64,000 nucleotides of DNA from a virus, in the UHGV virus genome UHGV-1579991; one strand, written 5' to 3'. Within the stretch, counting starts at the first letter, position 1. Every line of letters begins with the position of its first letter. The position numbers were made by a program, and so were the translations under genes. The notes under the pieces are model-generated. The model had not been told where the DNA came from. It searched no databases and saw only the letters and a list, made by a program, of their open reading frames with translations. Positions 39,453 to 49,022 of the stretch are shown piece after piece.

Positions 39453-42400
39453 TCAATTACATGCTGAATGTCCGCAGTTGGTGCATCGAACACAGCCGTC
39501 AAACTTGACCATGTCACCACCGCATTCAGGACACTTTGCATACATCTTTGAGCCATCTTGAATGTGTAGTTTCAATGCGCGACCAATTGCTTTGCAGAAT
39601 GTGCCAACAGATGCAAAGCTTTTTGCAGTTTGGTCGACAATTTCACCAAGGTCGATGCCATTGCGAAGCATCGTTGAGTACAGTCGAGTAATTGTTTGCT
39701 GCTCATCTGAACCAAGACGTTCTGAGATATTGTCATAGTGTTGCAAGAATGACAAATTATCACCAAGCTTGTAGTGCTTCTTATCAGTCTTTGTGATTGT
39801 CGTTTGTTCAATGCCTTGCAACTTGTCAAATTCGTCTTTGTCAAGTTCAAATGCAAAGATTTCATAGGGTCGACCATCATCACAACCTACAAGAATACAC
39901 CACTTACGCTTATACACTGATACACAATACACTGCAGCAGGCAATACAGGTTTTCGTTTTGAGCGATGACCAGACTGCAAGACATGCGACTTATCCTTAG
40001 ACTGCTTATCATCTTTTACGAGAACACCTGCACGTGAGCCATCTCGATAAATTGTGCAACCCTTGCAGCCAGATTTCCATGCAGTCAGATAAATTTCACG
40101 AACAAGCTCTTTTGTTGCAGAGTTTGGAATATTGACTGTTACAGAAATTGATGAGTCAATGTACTTTTGCAACGCGCCTTGCAGTTTAACCTTGCCAATC
40201 CAGTCAACATCTTCAGTAGTTGCCTTATAGTATGGTGATTGAACAAGCAATTCATCAATGACTGCTTGCGAAGCATTTGACAACCAAGCTTTGATACGAG
40301 ACATTTCTGCTTCTGACCATTCAATGCCAGTATCTTTGACAAGGGTGAATTTGTCATCACCAAGCTGCACTCGTTTGCAAATCCACTGCATCAATGGGTA
40401 GTGAACTACAGCGTATTCAATGAACTTGTCACCAGTAGTCTCATCAATGAAGTTGATGTCTGCTTCATTATCAACTGCAGTAGGCTTTCGACGACGTTTG
40501 TGCAGTGGCATAAAAACAGGTTCAATGCCAGAAGTTGTCTGAGTCATCAAAGCTGTGGTGCCAGTTGGCGCAATTGTTGTTGTGTTGATGTTTCGACGAC
40601 CAAATTGTTGATAAGTTGTGATGTGCTCATCATCAATCAGTTCAGATAACATACGCTGAATGAACTTTGACTGCACATCTGTGTCATAGTCGAATATTGC
40701 AAATGAGCCACGAATCTCTGCCAAGTCAATTGACGCTTCATAAGTCGCCTTTACAAGCCATTGTTGCATAGTGACTGCGAAGTCAATTGACTCTTGTGAA
40801 CCATAGCGCAAGCCAAGCATTGCCATTGCATCGCCAAGTGCAAGAAAGCCCATGCCATATCGACGAGTATTTGTCAATTTGTCATAGACTTTATGCCACA
40901 AGTCAAGCTCAGTTTTCTTAATGTCAAATGATTCTTTGTCTGATTCAACCTTTGCAATGATTCGTTGAACTGCTTCAATTTCAAGCTGCACAAGGTCATC
41001 CATGATGACTGCACAGTCATATGTATCTTTGTAGAATGCTTCAAAGTCAAATGATGCATCAGCAGTCCAAGGATTAAGCACATATGCAGTCAAATTGCGA
41101 TGTGATAAAATGCAGCTTGCATATGCTGCAAGAGGCTGTTCACCGCACTGCCTGTTGTTTACAAATACTTGCATATGTCTGTCATTTGTATCATTGACAG
41201 CGTCAAATGACCCTACAAAAAAGTTGTGATAATCATCTACAGTGCCATTATACACATCTTCTACACCATCAAGTTCAACAGTGTGTACCCTATGATTGTA
41301 GTAATCTGCAAACTGCTTAAACTTTCTGTATGACGCATGAATAGCAGCGTCAACATTGTTAGATTTGCATTCATTTGCAAATTCTTCATAATTTGGTCGT
41401 TTGCCAAGTTTTTGCTTTGCTGCAGTATATACAAGCACTTGTTCTTTAGACCATTTTGCTTGCTGAGCTGCGTGGCCGCATTCGGCAGAACAATATGCAA
41501 CTTCTCTATAAAACCAGTGCGCCCAAAATTCAGAGCCGCAATGTTCGCAAATACGTTTAACATACACTTGTTTGTCAACAAATTTAGTGTCATAGCCCAT
41601 ATTGCGAACTTTAATTGCTGTTGCTATGCATCTGCTATCAATGCCAACTAAATCAGGATATTTAACATTAGCGCGCGTTGCACAATGACTTAAAAATGCA
41701 TCAATAGAGCCAAATGTTTCTACTAATTTATTGTACCTGTAGCCAGACCATGCAACAGTATTATTGCCTGGCGCATAGCGCATATAGTATTCTAATTCTT
41801 TGCGACTAAGGCCTCTTCCAACTTTTGCAGTGCATTGCGTAACATAGTCTACAATTGATTGCACAGTTGTATCAATATCATATCTGCCATTACGTTCACC
41901 AGAAGTAGATGCACTCATTTTAGCAGAATACTGTGCAAAACGTTCTGCATTTGCTTTAATTTTGTATATTGGATTGTTAGTGCCTCTACGTTCAAGTGCA
42001 TGTAATGCATCATGCTCTTTTTTGCTTAGTACTTGTAAGTTATTTGGGTCATTGTTTAATGAATTGCCATCGATATGATGCACTACTGTGTGTGTAGCAT
42101 CAAACTGTTCAGCATGACAGTATTCTGCTATTAAACGATGCTCAAACTTATATACACCATTATTCAACACTGCATAATATGGTGCAGATTTGCTATTTGT
42201 TTGATAGCTAAGCACTTCATCAAATGAACATTGTTGTCTTGCAATAATTGCTAAGCTATCACCATGCTGTAATTGTCGTGCTTCTTTGTATGTGCCATCT
42301 GTTAACTTAAACTTGTGATTACCTGTGCAACGAATAACATCACCAGAATCAAGTGTAACTTTGTATATTTGCACATTTGAGCCTGTTTTGCGTGGATGCC

Positions 42401-43439
42401 GCATTTTGCGTACAACTACATTATTGTTGTCATCATAGCAATACACATTAACATCATCGCCAATATCTGCAAGTTCACGTATTGTCATTGTTTGTCTGCC
42501 ATCAGCAAGCATAACTTTAGTGCTGCCAACAATGCATGGATTTGTTGAGCGCTCTTCATACATTTTACCGTATGCTTTCGAGTTCGACTCTTCCATAATG
42601 CGGTCCCAAAAGAACACGCCGGGTTCTGCAGATGCCCATACATTGTCAACAATTTTGTCAAATAATGCTTTTGCATCTGATGTCTTATGCAGCTCTTGGC
42701 CATCAGAGCCACGCCAAATATGTTCAAACTGCTGTTCTGCAAGCACTGCACGCATAAATGCATCAGTAAGCTTGATGGAAATGTTTGCACCTGTGATTTT
42801 TGTCAAGTCTTTTTTTGCGTCAATGAACTTATCTGCATCAGGATGCTCAATTGACAATGACAACATCAATGCGCCACGCCTGCCATTTTGTGCAACTTCT
42901 TTTGTCGATGTTGAAAAGCGTTCCATAAATGACACGACACCAGACGTCGTAATAGCACTGTTATGTACTTCTACGCCTTCTGGGCGAATATGCGACAAAT
43001 CATGGCCAACACCACCACGACGTTTCATCAACTGAACTTGCTCTTCATCTGTTTTGAAGATGCCGCCATATGAATCTGCATCATTGCCTATTACATAGCA
43101 ATTTGACATTGATGTGTAACCGCCAAGACCGATACCAGCCATTGGAGAACCACCAAGTACAAATCGCTTAAATGGCTCAAGCAAATATGCAAGTCGCTCT
43201 TTTGACAATACACGTTTGCCTGTCTGTTCTTCAAATTGTGATTCTATACGGTCAAATTCATTGACCCAGCGCTCATGCATATCAGACAATGAGTGTTCAT
43301 ACAAATTGTCTTTGTCATGATGCAAGTATTTTGACATGCATATGTCAGCAGCCATTGAGTCGCCCGTAAATTCATGCGTCAGTGTAGTGTGCACTTCAGC
43401 ATATTCAGGCGACCCAATTTGAATGGGACGTTTTGTCAT
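39453..43439 (-). CDS. nrdJ: ribonucleotide reductase, class II (NrdJ)-like, intein-containing precursor
   Basis: Track ORF 39453..43499; likely start at ATG 43439 (MTKRPIQIG). Exteins reconstitute the RNR active-site motif NP-CGEQPL...AYASC; C-terminal Cys-rich zinc-ribbon-like tail. Class assignment is tentative. Confidence 0.7.
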   Translation of the reverse strand: MTKRPIQIGSPEYAEVHTTLTHEFTGDSMAADICMSKYLHHDKDNLYEHSLSDMHERWVNEFDRIESQFEEQTGKRVLSKERLAYLLEPFKRFVLGGSPMAGIGLGGYTSMSNCYVIGNDADSYGGIFKTDEEQVQLMKRRGGVGHDLSHIRPEGVEVHNSAITTSGVVSFMERFSTSTKEVAQNGRRGALMLSLSIEHPDADKFIDAKKDLTKITGANISIKLTDAFMRAVLAEQQFEHIWRGSDGQELHKTSDAKALFDKIVDNVWASAEPGVFFWDRIMEESNSKAYGKMYEERSTNPCIVGSTKVMLADGRQTMTIRELADIGDDVNVYCYDDNNNVVVRKMRHPRKTGSNVQIYKVTLDSGDVIRCTGNHKFKLTDGTYKEARQLQHGDSLAIIARQQCSFDEVLSYQTNSKSAPYYAVLNNGVYKFEHRLIAEYCHAEQFDATHTVVHHIDGNSLNNDPNNLQVLSKKEHDALHALERRGTNNPIYKIKANAERFAQYSAKMSASTSGERNGRYDIDTTVQSIVDYVTQCTAKVGRGLSRKELEYYMRYAPGNNTVAWSGYRYNKLVETFGSIDAFLSHCATRANVKYPDLVGIDSRCIATAIKVRNMGYDTKFVDKQVYVKRICEHCGSEFWAHWFYREVAYCSAECGHAAQQAKWSKEQVLVYTAAKQKLGKRPNYEEFANECKSNNVDAAIHASYRKFKQFADYYNHRVHTVELDGVEDVYNGTVDDYHNFFVGSFDAVNDTNDRHMQVFVNNRQCGEQPLAAYASCILSHRNLTAYVLNPWTADASFDFEAFYKDTYDCAVIMDDLVQLEIEAVQRIIAKVESDKESFDIKKTELDLWHKVYDKLTNTRRYGMGFLALGDAMAMLGLRYGSQESIDFAVTMQQWLVKATYEASIDLAEIRGSFAIFDYDTDVQSKFIQRMLSELIDDEHITTYQQFGRRNINTTTIAPTGTTALMTQTTSGIEPVFMPLHKRRRKPTAVDNEADINFIDETTGDKFIEYAVVHYPLMQWICKRVQLGDDKFTLVKDTGIEWSEAEMSRIKAWLSNASQAVIDELLVQSPYYKATTEDVDWIGKVKLQGALQKYIDSSISVTVNIPNSATKELVREIYLTAWKSGCKGCTIYRDGSRAGVLVKDDKQSKDKSHVLQSGHRSKRKPVLPAAVYCVSVYKRKWCILVGCDDGRPYEIFAFELDKDEFDKLQGIEQTTITKTDKKHYKLGDNLSFLQHYDNISERLGSDEQQTITRLYSTMLRNGIDLGEIVDQTAKSFASVGTFCKAIGRALKLHIQDGSKMYAKCPECGGDMVKFDGCVRCTNCGHSACN
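41148..42536 (-). mobile_element. intein (Hint domain plus HNH homing-endonuclease domain) inside the RNR gene
   Basis: In-frame 463-aa insertion from Cys at 42536 (CIVGSTKVMLADG) to ...VFVNNRQ at 41148, followed by the +1 Cys of CGEQPL. Contains HNH motif HHIDGNSLNNDPNNLQVLSKKEHDALH and intein block-F-like VYNGTVDDYHNFFVG. Confidence 0.75.
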
Positions 43440-43504
43440 TGTAACAGTGCATTTAAGTGTTTTAACAGTTTTATGTATAAATTGTACAACAATGGGCAAA
43501 ATTT

Positions 43505-43558
43505 TGCATCAACTCAAAACAGCCAAGCAATTCATTGCTTGGCTGTTTTGAGTTGATG
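43505..43558. terminator. 54-bp palindrome (26-bp arms); putative terminator or operator immediately upstream of the RNR gene
   Basis: gcatcaactcaaaacagccaagcaat / attgcttggctgttttgagttgatgc are exact reverse complements, separated by 2 nt; between the stop of 43565..43870 and the RNR start. Confidence 0.5.
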
Positions 43559-43564
43559 CTGCGC

Positions 43565-43870
43565 TTAGTATTGCTTGTATTGTATCTGCATTGCATCATA
43601 CAAAAGCAGTCGAACATCTTTGTTCATTGTAAGCTTTGACATTGTAGTTTCATGTTTGTCTTTGCCAATGTTAAAATTTACAATGGTGCTACCTACTGCA
43701 GACATCAATTGCAGAAAATTCAACTTTGTCATTGCTTTGCCATTATAACGTATCTGCTGTTGTTTGATAAGTTCGTCCATGTAGTCAAACAGCTGCCAAT
43801 TTTCTACATTGTTAGCTTTGACCGCTAATTCAAGTGTTTGACGATACTTGCTAAGCTTGTTTGTTGCCAT
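43565..43870 (-). CDS. hypothetical protein
   Basis: 101 aa ORF. Confidence 0.45.
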   Translation of the reverse strand: MATNKLSKYRQTLELAVKANNVENWQLFDYMDELIKQQQIRYNGKAMTKLNFLQLMSAVGSTIVNFNIGKDKHETTMSKLTMNKDVRLLLYDAMQIQYKQY

Positions 43871-43886
43871 AGTGCATAGTATTTAG

Positions 43887-44348
43887 TTATTGTGCTTTTG
43901 CTTGTGCAGTGTAATAAGTGATTGCATCAATGTAAGGTAGTTCTTTAGACATTAGCCAATCAATGCCAAATACTGTATCTTGGCGAAATCTTCGTTGTGC
44001 AATCATTTGAACTTCGATTGGCATATCTACGTCCTTGCCAAATCTGATTGTATTTGCAAGTTCTGTGATTGCATATCTGAGAATTTTATCGGTACTCATT
44101 GTTAAGGTGCTTTCCGGCAATTGCCAATAACGTTCTTGGAATGCTCGATTTGCTGAGTAAGTCCAAAGTTCAAGTCTTGCATTTCTGCAATCATATGAAA
44201 CAATCAGACTTAATCCTTTTGTCCAGCAATGTGCTATCTTAATGATTGGCTTGTCATCATTGATAGATGACATTGCTTGCAGTTTTTCGAAATCTTTAAC
44301 ATATCTGTTATCATTCGAAAGCTGTTCCATTATTTCACCGTAAGTCAT
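43887..44348 (-). CDS. hypothetical protein (start at MTYGEIMEQ)
   Basis: Track ORF 43887..44426 begins inside the upstream motif region; ATG at 44348 is preceded by the leader AACCTCTACTACA, identical to the leader of 50253..51125. Confidence 0.45.
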   Translation of the reverse strand: MTYGEIMEQLSNDNRYVKDFEKLQAMSSINDDKPIIKIAHCWTKGLSLIVSYDCRNARLELWTYSANRAFQERYWQLPESTLTMSTDKILRYAITELANTIRFGKDVDMPIEVQMIAQRRFRQDTVFGIDWLMSKELPYIDAITYYTAQAKAQ

Positions 44349-44540
44349 TGTAGTAGAGGTTAAAATATATTGATATATAATAATTATACTACAAAGTTGC
44401 CAGATTTGCACCAGAATGTATAACAAGTTTGCATAAAAAAGTTTTTACATAAAATGGCAAACAAAAAACAAGCAGACTGCAATTGCAGCCTGCTTGCGCC
44501 AAAACAGAAAAAGATGATAACTTAACCCAAAAACCTAACT

Positions 44541-46082
44541 TTATCTACTTGCAGAATCTCGCATTGAAATCATAACTTGCTCTTGAATTGATATAGGTAT
44601 GATGTTGAAGTCTGACACTTCAGCAACGTCATCAACATCAAGAGCTCTCAATGTATCTGTGTCACAGCAAGTCACAATGATTGACTTGCGAACATACTCA
44701 TCAGCAACATTCCACAGCAGCTGACAAATTGCCCTATTATCAAGACAAATTTCATTGACTGTGCGAACAAGACTATACCATGCAGTCACATTATTGCGCT
44801 TCAGAGTTTCAAGCATATATCGTGCAAGCCCAAAACCTGCTACATATGACCCAGTCTGCTTATTGAATGACTCAATTGCGTATGCATCAAACAATGCTTC
44901 TGTCATCAAAGGCATTGCTGCAGTCATTCTGTAGTATCGATAGTCAACACATACAATCAACCAGTTAACATATGAATTGACTGCATATGCATGTGCCTTG
45001 AAGCCAAGGTCATTCAAGATTGTGCAGATGGCATTGTAAGTCGATTCATCAGCATTGCCAAAGTTTGCAAGCAGCTTAACTTTAAGAATGTCTTCGCCAA
45101 TTGCATTTCTTGTAGCAGTGAATGATGGCATGCATGCAAAGCTTCTTTTGCAGATGTCTGTGATAAGTTGCTGTGCGTCATTTACAAGCTGTCTTGCAGC
45201 TTCAGCACGTTTTTCAGACTGTGCTTGATATTTTGGCCGCAACTGTGATGAGCCAGTTGCAGCGCCATATCGCATAGCAGCTTGCCAGTCCTTGAGATTA
45301 TTTTGCAATTCACGAACATAGTCTGCAGCAACAATTGCAGATGGAGTTCTTTGTTGCTCGATTAGTTTGTTGATGTTTGCAAGCACATCTGATGCAAACA
45401 TATCTTTTGGCTTGACTCTTGCAATTTCAGCAAGCACTGCCGGTACACGAGCAATACCGCGAGGTTCATTTGAAACTACTACTGCATAGTCTACAAGCGC
45501 CTCACATACAAGCTGCTCATCAACAAAGTACTCAGGATTCTGCACAGCATCTTCAACAACTGCAATCAATGTTGCTCTACGATTGCTGTCAGGTTTGTTG
45601 CCAAACAGCTCAATGTACAGCATGTCTGCTTGCTGATCTGTCATTGAACCTGCGATGTCAATTGTCTTTGCAAGTTTGTTAAGCAGTTCAGCTTGCTTAC
45701 TTGACAATCTGACTTTGTATGACGACTCTACGGCTTCTTTGACTGCTTTGAGTTTTCTGTCAATGTCAAGGCTGCTTTCATTGACATTCATGCCGACAAT
45801 GCCTGCAGCATCAGTATTAAATTGCTCAACAGTTTCTGCTGCAGTTATTGGCAATGACACAATAGATTGTTTTGCATTTGCTGCAAGCTGATTGAGTCGA
45901 GTGACTGCTTCAGAATCTTGCGCAACTGCAAGATATCTTACGCACAGCTCATCAATCTGTGAAAGATAACTTTGGGTCATGTTTATTGAAAAATTGTTGT
46001 TTCTTGACGAATAGCTGTTGGATGCAATTTGCGGAAACACTTCGACATTTCTAAGTTCCGATGATGACAACAATGTTTCCAT
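44541..46082 (-). CDS. hypothetical protein
   Basis: 513 aa ORF. Confidence 0.5.
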   Translation of the reverse strand: METLLSSSELRNVEVFPQIASNSYSSRNNNFSINMTQSYLSQIDELCVRYLAVAQDSEAVTRLNQLAANAKQSIVSLPITAAETVEQFNTDAAGIVGMNVNESSLDIDRKLKAVKEAVESSYKVRLSSKQAELLNKLAKTIDIAGSMTDQQADMLYIELFGNKPDSNRRATLIAVVEDAVQNPEYFVDEQLVCEALVDYAVVVSNEPRGIARVPAVLAEIARVKPKDMFASDVLANINKLIEQQRTPSAIVAADYVRELQNNLKDWQAAMRYGAATGSSQLRPKYQAQSEKRAEAARQLVNDAQQLITDICKRSFACMPSFTATRNAIGEDILKVKLLANFGNADESTYNAICTILNDLGFKAHAYAVNSYVNWLIVCVDYRYYRMTAAMPLMTEALFDAYAIESFNKQTGSYVAGFGLARYMLETLKRNNVTAWYSLVRTVNEICLDNRAICQLLWNVADEYVRKSIIVTCCDTDTLRALDVDDVAEVSDFNIIPISIQEQVMISMRDSASR

Positions 46083-46094
46083 GTGATATGTATT

Positions 46095-46700
46095 TTAGCC
46101 TGCAAACTCATTGATTTTTAGGTCATTTGTCGTAACTGCAAAGCAATCAATGTGCAGCCATGTGACGTCTTTTTCTATACGACAACGATGCGGCAATTCA
46201 TCTGCATGTTCTTTAATGAGCTTTCGCATTTCTGCAGCAGTCATATCTGCAGACTGACAATCAATTGCTGCACCATTACAATGAGCACTCAAATAAAGCT
46301 TGTTTGCAAGTGTCTTGTCTTTTGGGATTTGACAGATATTGCATCGTAAGCCCCGTTGACTCATTGTGCCACCTTTAGCCCAATTATTGACACACAACGG
46401 AACTTTCAGCACAAACTTGCGTAATGCAAGCAGCAAGTCAAGCAGTTCTCTGTCAAGAAACTGCCAAGAATTATCGCCAAACTTGTCATAGCAATGTTTG
46501 CATACAAGTTCTTTTATGCTGAAGTACTGCTTAAGCTCTGCAATAACAGAGTCTCTTGAAGCACTTGCAATATCTGCAATGTTAGTTATGCTGTTGTTGC
46601 TGTTCATGTTGTCTGTCAAGTTCTTTGCATTTGCACTCATTTCGTTCACCCATGACTTTTGTAATGCCTGCAGTTGCAAACATGCCTGCGACTGCACCAA
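46095..46700 (-). CDS. putative endolysin, peptidase M15-like (zinc D-Ala-D-Ala carboxypeptidase / L-Ala-D-Glu peptidase fold)
   Basis: 201 aa; SxHxxGxAxD motif (LSAHCNGAAIDC) and downstream His (WLHID); true start may be an internal Met. Overlaps the holin-like ORF. Confidence 0.6.
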   Translation of the reverse strand: MVQSQACLQLQALQKSWVNEMSANAKNLTDNMNSNNSITNIADIASASRDSVIAELKQYFSIKELVCKHCYDKFGDNSWQFLDRELLDLLLALRKFVLKVPLCVNNWAKGGTMSQRGLRCNICQIPKDKTLANKLYLSAHCNGAAIDCQSADMTAAEMRKLIKEHADELPHRCRIEKDVTWLHIDCFAVTTNDLKINEFAG

Positions 46701-46890
46701 TTATGCCTGCAACTGCGCCAAGCTGTTCAGTTGTTTTACCAGTTGCTACGACTTCCCATATGATAGCAAAACAAACAACGAGCAATATAAAGATGCCTAT
46801 AAAAGTCACAGCTACAACAAAAAATGATTTGACTGACACACCTGTGTCATTCGTCACTAAGTTGCGCATTGTAAATTTGTTGTTATTCAT
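46582..46890 (-). CDS. holin-like small membrane protein
   Basis: 102 aa; two hydrophobic helices (FFVVAVTFIGIFILLVVCFAIIW, AVAGIIGAVAGMFATAGI) and a charged C-terminus; 3' end overlaps the endolysin start. Confidence 0.45.
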   Translation of the reverse strand: MNNNKFTMRNLVTNDTGVSVKSFFVVAVTFIGIFILLVVCFAIIWEVVATGKTTEQLGAVAGIIGAVAGMFATAGITKVMGERNECKCKELDRQHEQQQQHN

Positions 46891-47050
46891 AGGGATGGCG
46901 AACTGTACACATTGTACACATTGTACACACTTATATTGTATGTGTTTGTATATGTATTTTAACAGGCATTAGCAAACAATACAAAAATGCAAAATGAAAG
47001 TGGCTCAGATGTATATCTGGGCCACTTTCATTTGTCATATACGTTGTCTA

Positions 47051-48706
47051 TTATGCAAGCAATGTTTGCAGCATGTAGCAGCCTTTTGCATATGCGACAA
47101 TTGCTTTTGCAGGGTTGTTCTTGATGTATGCAGGCAACTTGAGCCAAATCAATGCCACAAGCACTTTCTGTCGCAGCGTCAAATCAAGTTCATCAATGTT
47201 GTAGCCAATGACTTTTGCTCTGACGTCGCCATCAACATAATCGAATTGCTGATATGCTGACTGATTGAATACATCATAGCCAGACAAACCATATGCAAAC
47301 TTTGCAATGTCATAATCGATGTCACCTGTCATCTTAACGTCACCAAAGTAGCCTCTGGGGTCAATGAACATGCATTTTGATGAATCTGCACTGAACATTG
47401 TATTTGACGTATTCGGGTCACCATGAATGAATGACCAATTTTCGCATGCATAGTCAATTGAATCTTCTTGTGACAAGAAGAATCTTAACTTGCTCATCAG
47501 TTCATCGAATGGCATCAATGCAATACCATTGAATGATTCGATGCCTGCTACAAGTGACTTGACTTCAGCATATCTTGCAATAGTAGTCTCAATGTACTCT
47601 TTGCGCATTGCGTCAATCATTTGCTGTCTGCTAACTGGCCAAATCTCGTCATTGTCAAGATTGCTTGCATGCAATTCATTGATTGACTGCTTGAATGTCG
47701 TCATGCAGCCACGTGCAATTGTAGCATATCTACGCTCAATATCAACTTTGTTGAGGAACTGATGTACAGTCACTCCGTTAATTTTCGACATTTTGATGAA
47801 GTCTTCACCAGTTTCAAATATCGATGGAATGACTGTCGATTCTGCATTCATAGCATGACGATACCATTCTTGTTCTTTCTGAATGAGTGCCAAACCACGA
47901 GCATTTGTAGCAGATTTCGTAACAATATCGCCATCAATGCTAATGCTATTGAAATACCGTACTTCATTATCACGTGCAGCCTTGACTGCTTCACTGACAA
48001 ATGCTCCGCGTTCGCCATATGAATGACAGCCAGCAATTTCATATCTGTCTACAAATGTAACGTTGGTCATTAAATCAGCAAAATCAGCATTGTTATCATT
48101 ATGCTGCATATCAATGACATTGTTATGAAACGCTGCAGGTACATAATATGCGCCAACAATGCCACTATGATATGTAGACTCATACAAATGGTCGAGCACA
48201 TATGCTTCTGCATCTGCATAAGACCCTACTTTGTAGAATGCATCAGTAGGAATGAGATGCAGTCTGCAATCAATGTCATTTGACGTGCAGCAAGTTATGC
48301 AGCCAGTTTTGAATTTGTCAAGTGGCAATTTAATGTCACCAAGCCATACGTCAGACCAGTGATAGAATACATTGCAGCCACCAATGTTGTTAGCAACATA
48401 CAGTGCTACATCTGCGCATGCTTTTGCTGAGCCATCAGCTTTGTCATGCACAATAGTTGACAATTTGATATCTGGTGCAAATGCTGCAGCATGTTCATGA
48501 ATCATTGCTGCATGAGTGTCATTTGCACATGCAACAATGACTTCATCAAACTGTCGAGCATAGGATGTCAAAATTTTTGCGAGCACGGTTTGTTTGCCCG
48601 CATTTACAAGAGTTTTAGGGATGTAATTGTTGCCAGTCATTGTTGACATGCGAGTGCCCAAACCACATGCAATGATTGCTAACACATTTGGATATTGATG
48701 AGACAT
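47051..48706 (-). CDS. bifunctional sugar-1-phosphate nucleotidyltransferase / kinase (APH or choline-kinase-like) fusion
   Basis: Start placed at internal Met (MSHQYPNVLAIIACGLGTRM). N-terminal NTP-transferase G-x-G-T-R motif; C-terminal kinase Brenner motif FIHGDPNTSN and FIDPRG. Confidence 0.6.
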   Translation of the reverse strand: MSHQYPNVLAIIACGLGTRMSTMTGNNYIPKTLVNAGKQTVLAKILTSYARQFDEVIVACANDTHAAMIHEHAAAFAPDIKLSTIVHDKADGSAKACADVALYVANNIGGCNVFYHWSDVWLGDIKLPLDKFKTGCITCCTSNDIDCRLHLIPTDAFYKVGSYADAEAYVLDHLYESTYHSGIVGAYYVPAAFHNNVIDMQHNDNNADFADLMTNVTFVDRYEIAGCHSYGERGAFVSEAVKAARDNEVRYFNSISIDGDIVTKSATNARGLALIQKEQEWYRHAMNAESTVIPSIFETGEDFIKMSKINGVTVHQFLNKVDIERRYATIARGCMTTFKQSINELHASNLDNDEIWPVSRQQMIDAMRKEYIETTIARYAEVKSLVAGIESFNGIALMPFDELMSKLRFFLSQEDSIDYACENWSFIHGDPNTSNTMFSADSSKCMFIDPRGYFGDVKMTGDIDYDIAKFAYGLSGYDVFNQSAYQQFDYVDGDVRAKVIGYNIDELDLTLRQKVLVALIWLKLPAYIKNNPAKAIVAYAKGCYMLQTLLA

Positions 48707-48749
48707 TGTGTAGTGTTGTTTATATGAGAATATTGTACAATATGCATTG

Positions 48750-49007
48750 CTATTTTGCAAGATGACAATGCTTACGCCATACTGCAATTTCAACATCTGT
48801 AGCAAAATCAAAGTGCAAGCCATGCAATTGTTTCATGCCATATTGACGTCTTGCAATATACTTATTGCCAACTCGCTCAACAACGGAACCAATTTCTACT
48901 ACATTTTTAGAATGTCGTGGCTCATGTAATGGCACTCTGAATATGTATCTGCCATCTAATGTTGACATTATGTCACCATTATCAATTATGCCTGTTTGCC
49001 TGCTCAT
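48750..49007 (-). CDS. hypothetical protein
   Basis: 85 aa ORF. Confidence 0.35.
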   Translation of the reverse strand: MSRQTGIIDNGDIMSTLDGRYIFRVPLHEPRHSKNVVEIGSVVERVGNKYIARRQYGMKQLHGLHFDFATDVEIAVWRKHCHLAK

Positions 49008-49022
49008 TGTTAAAGCATCAAG

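Noticed and set aside
39453-43499. 1348-aa ORF as a fusion of RNR with a separate nuclease gene, or a group I intron
   Set aside because: The insertion is in frame, begins with Cys, is followed by Cys, and its excision exactly restores the NPCGEQPL motif, which is the signature of an intein rather than an intron or gene fusion.
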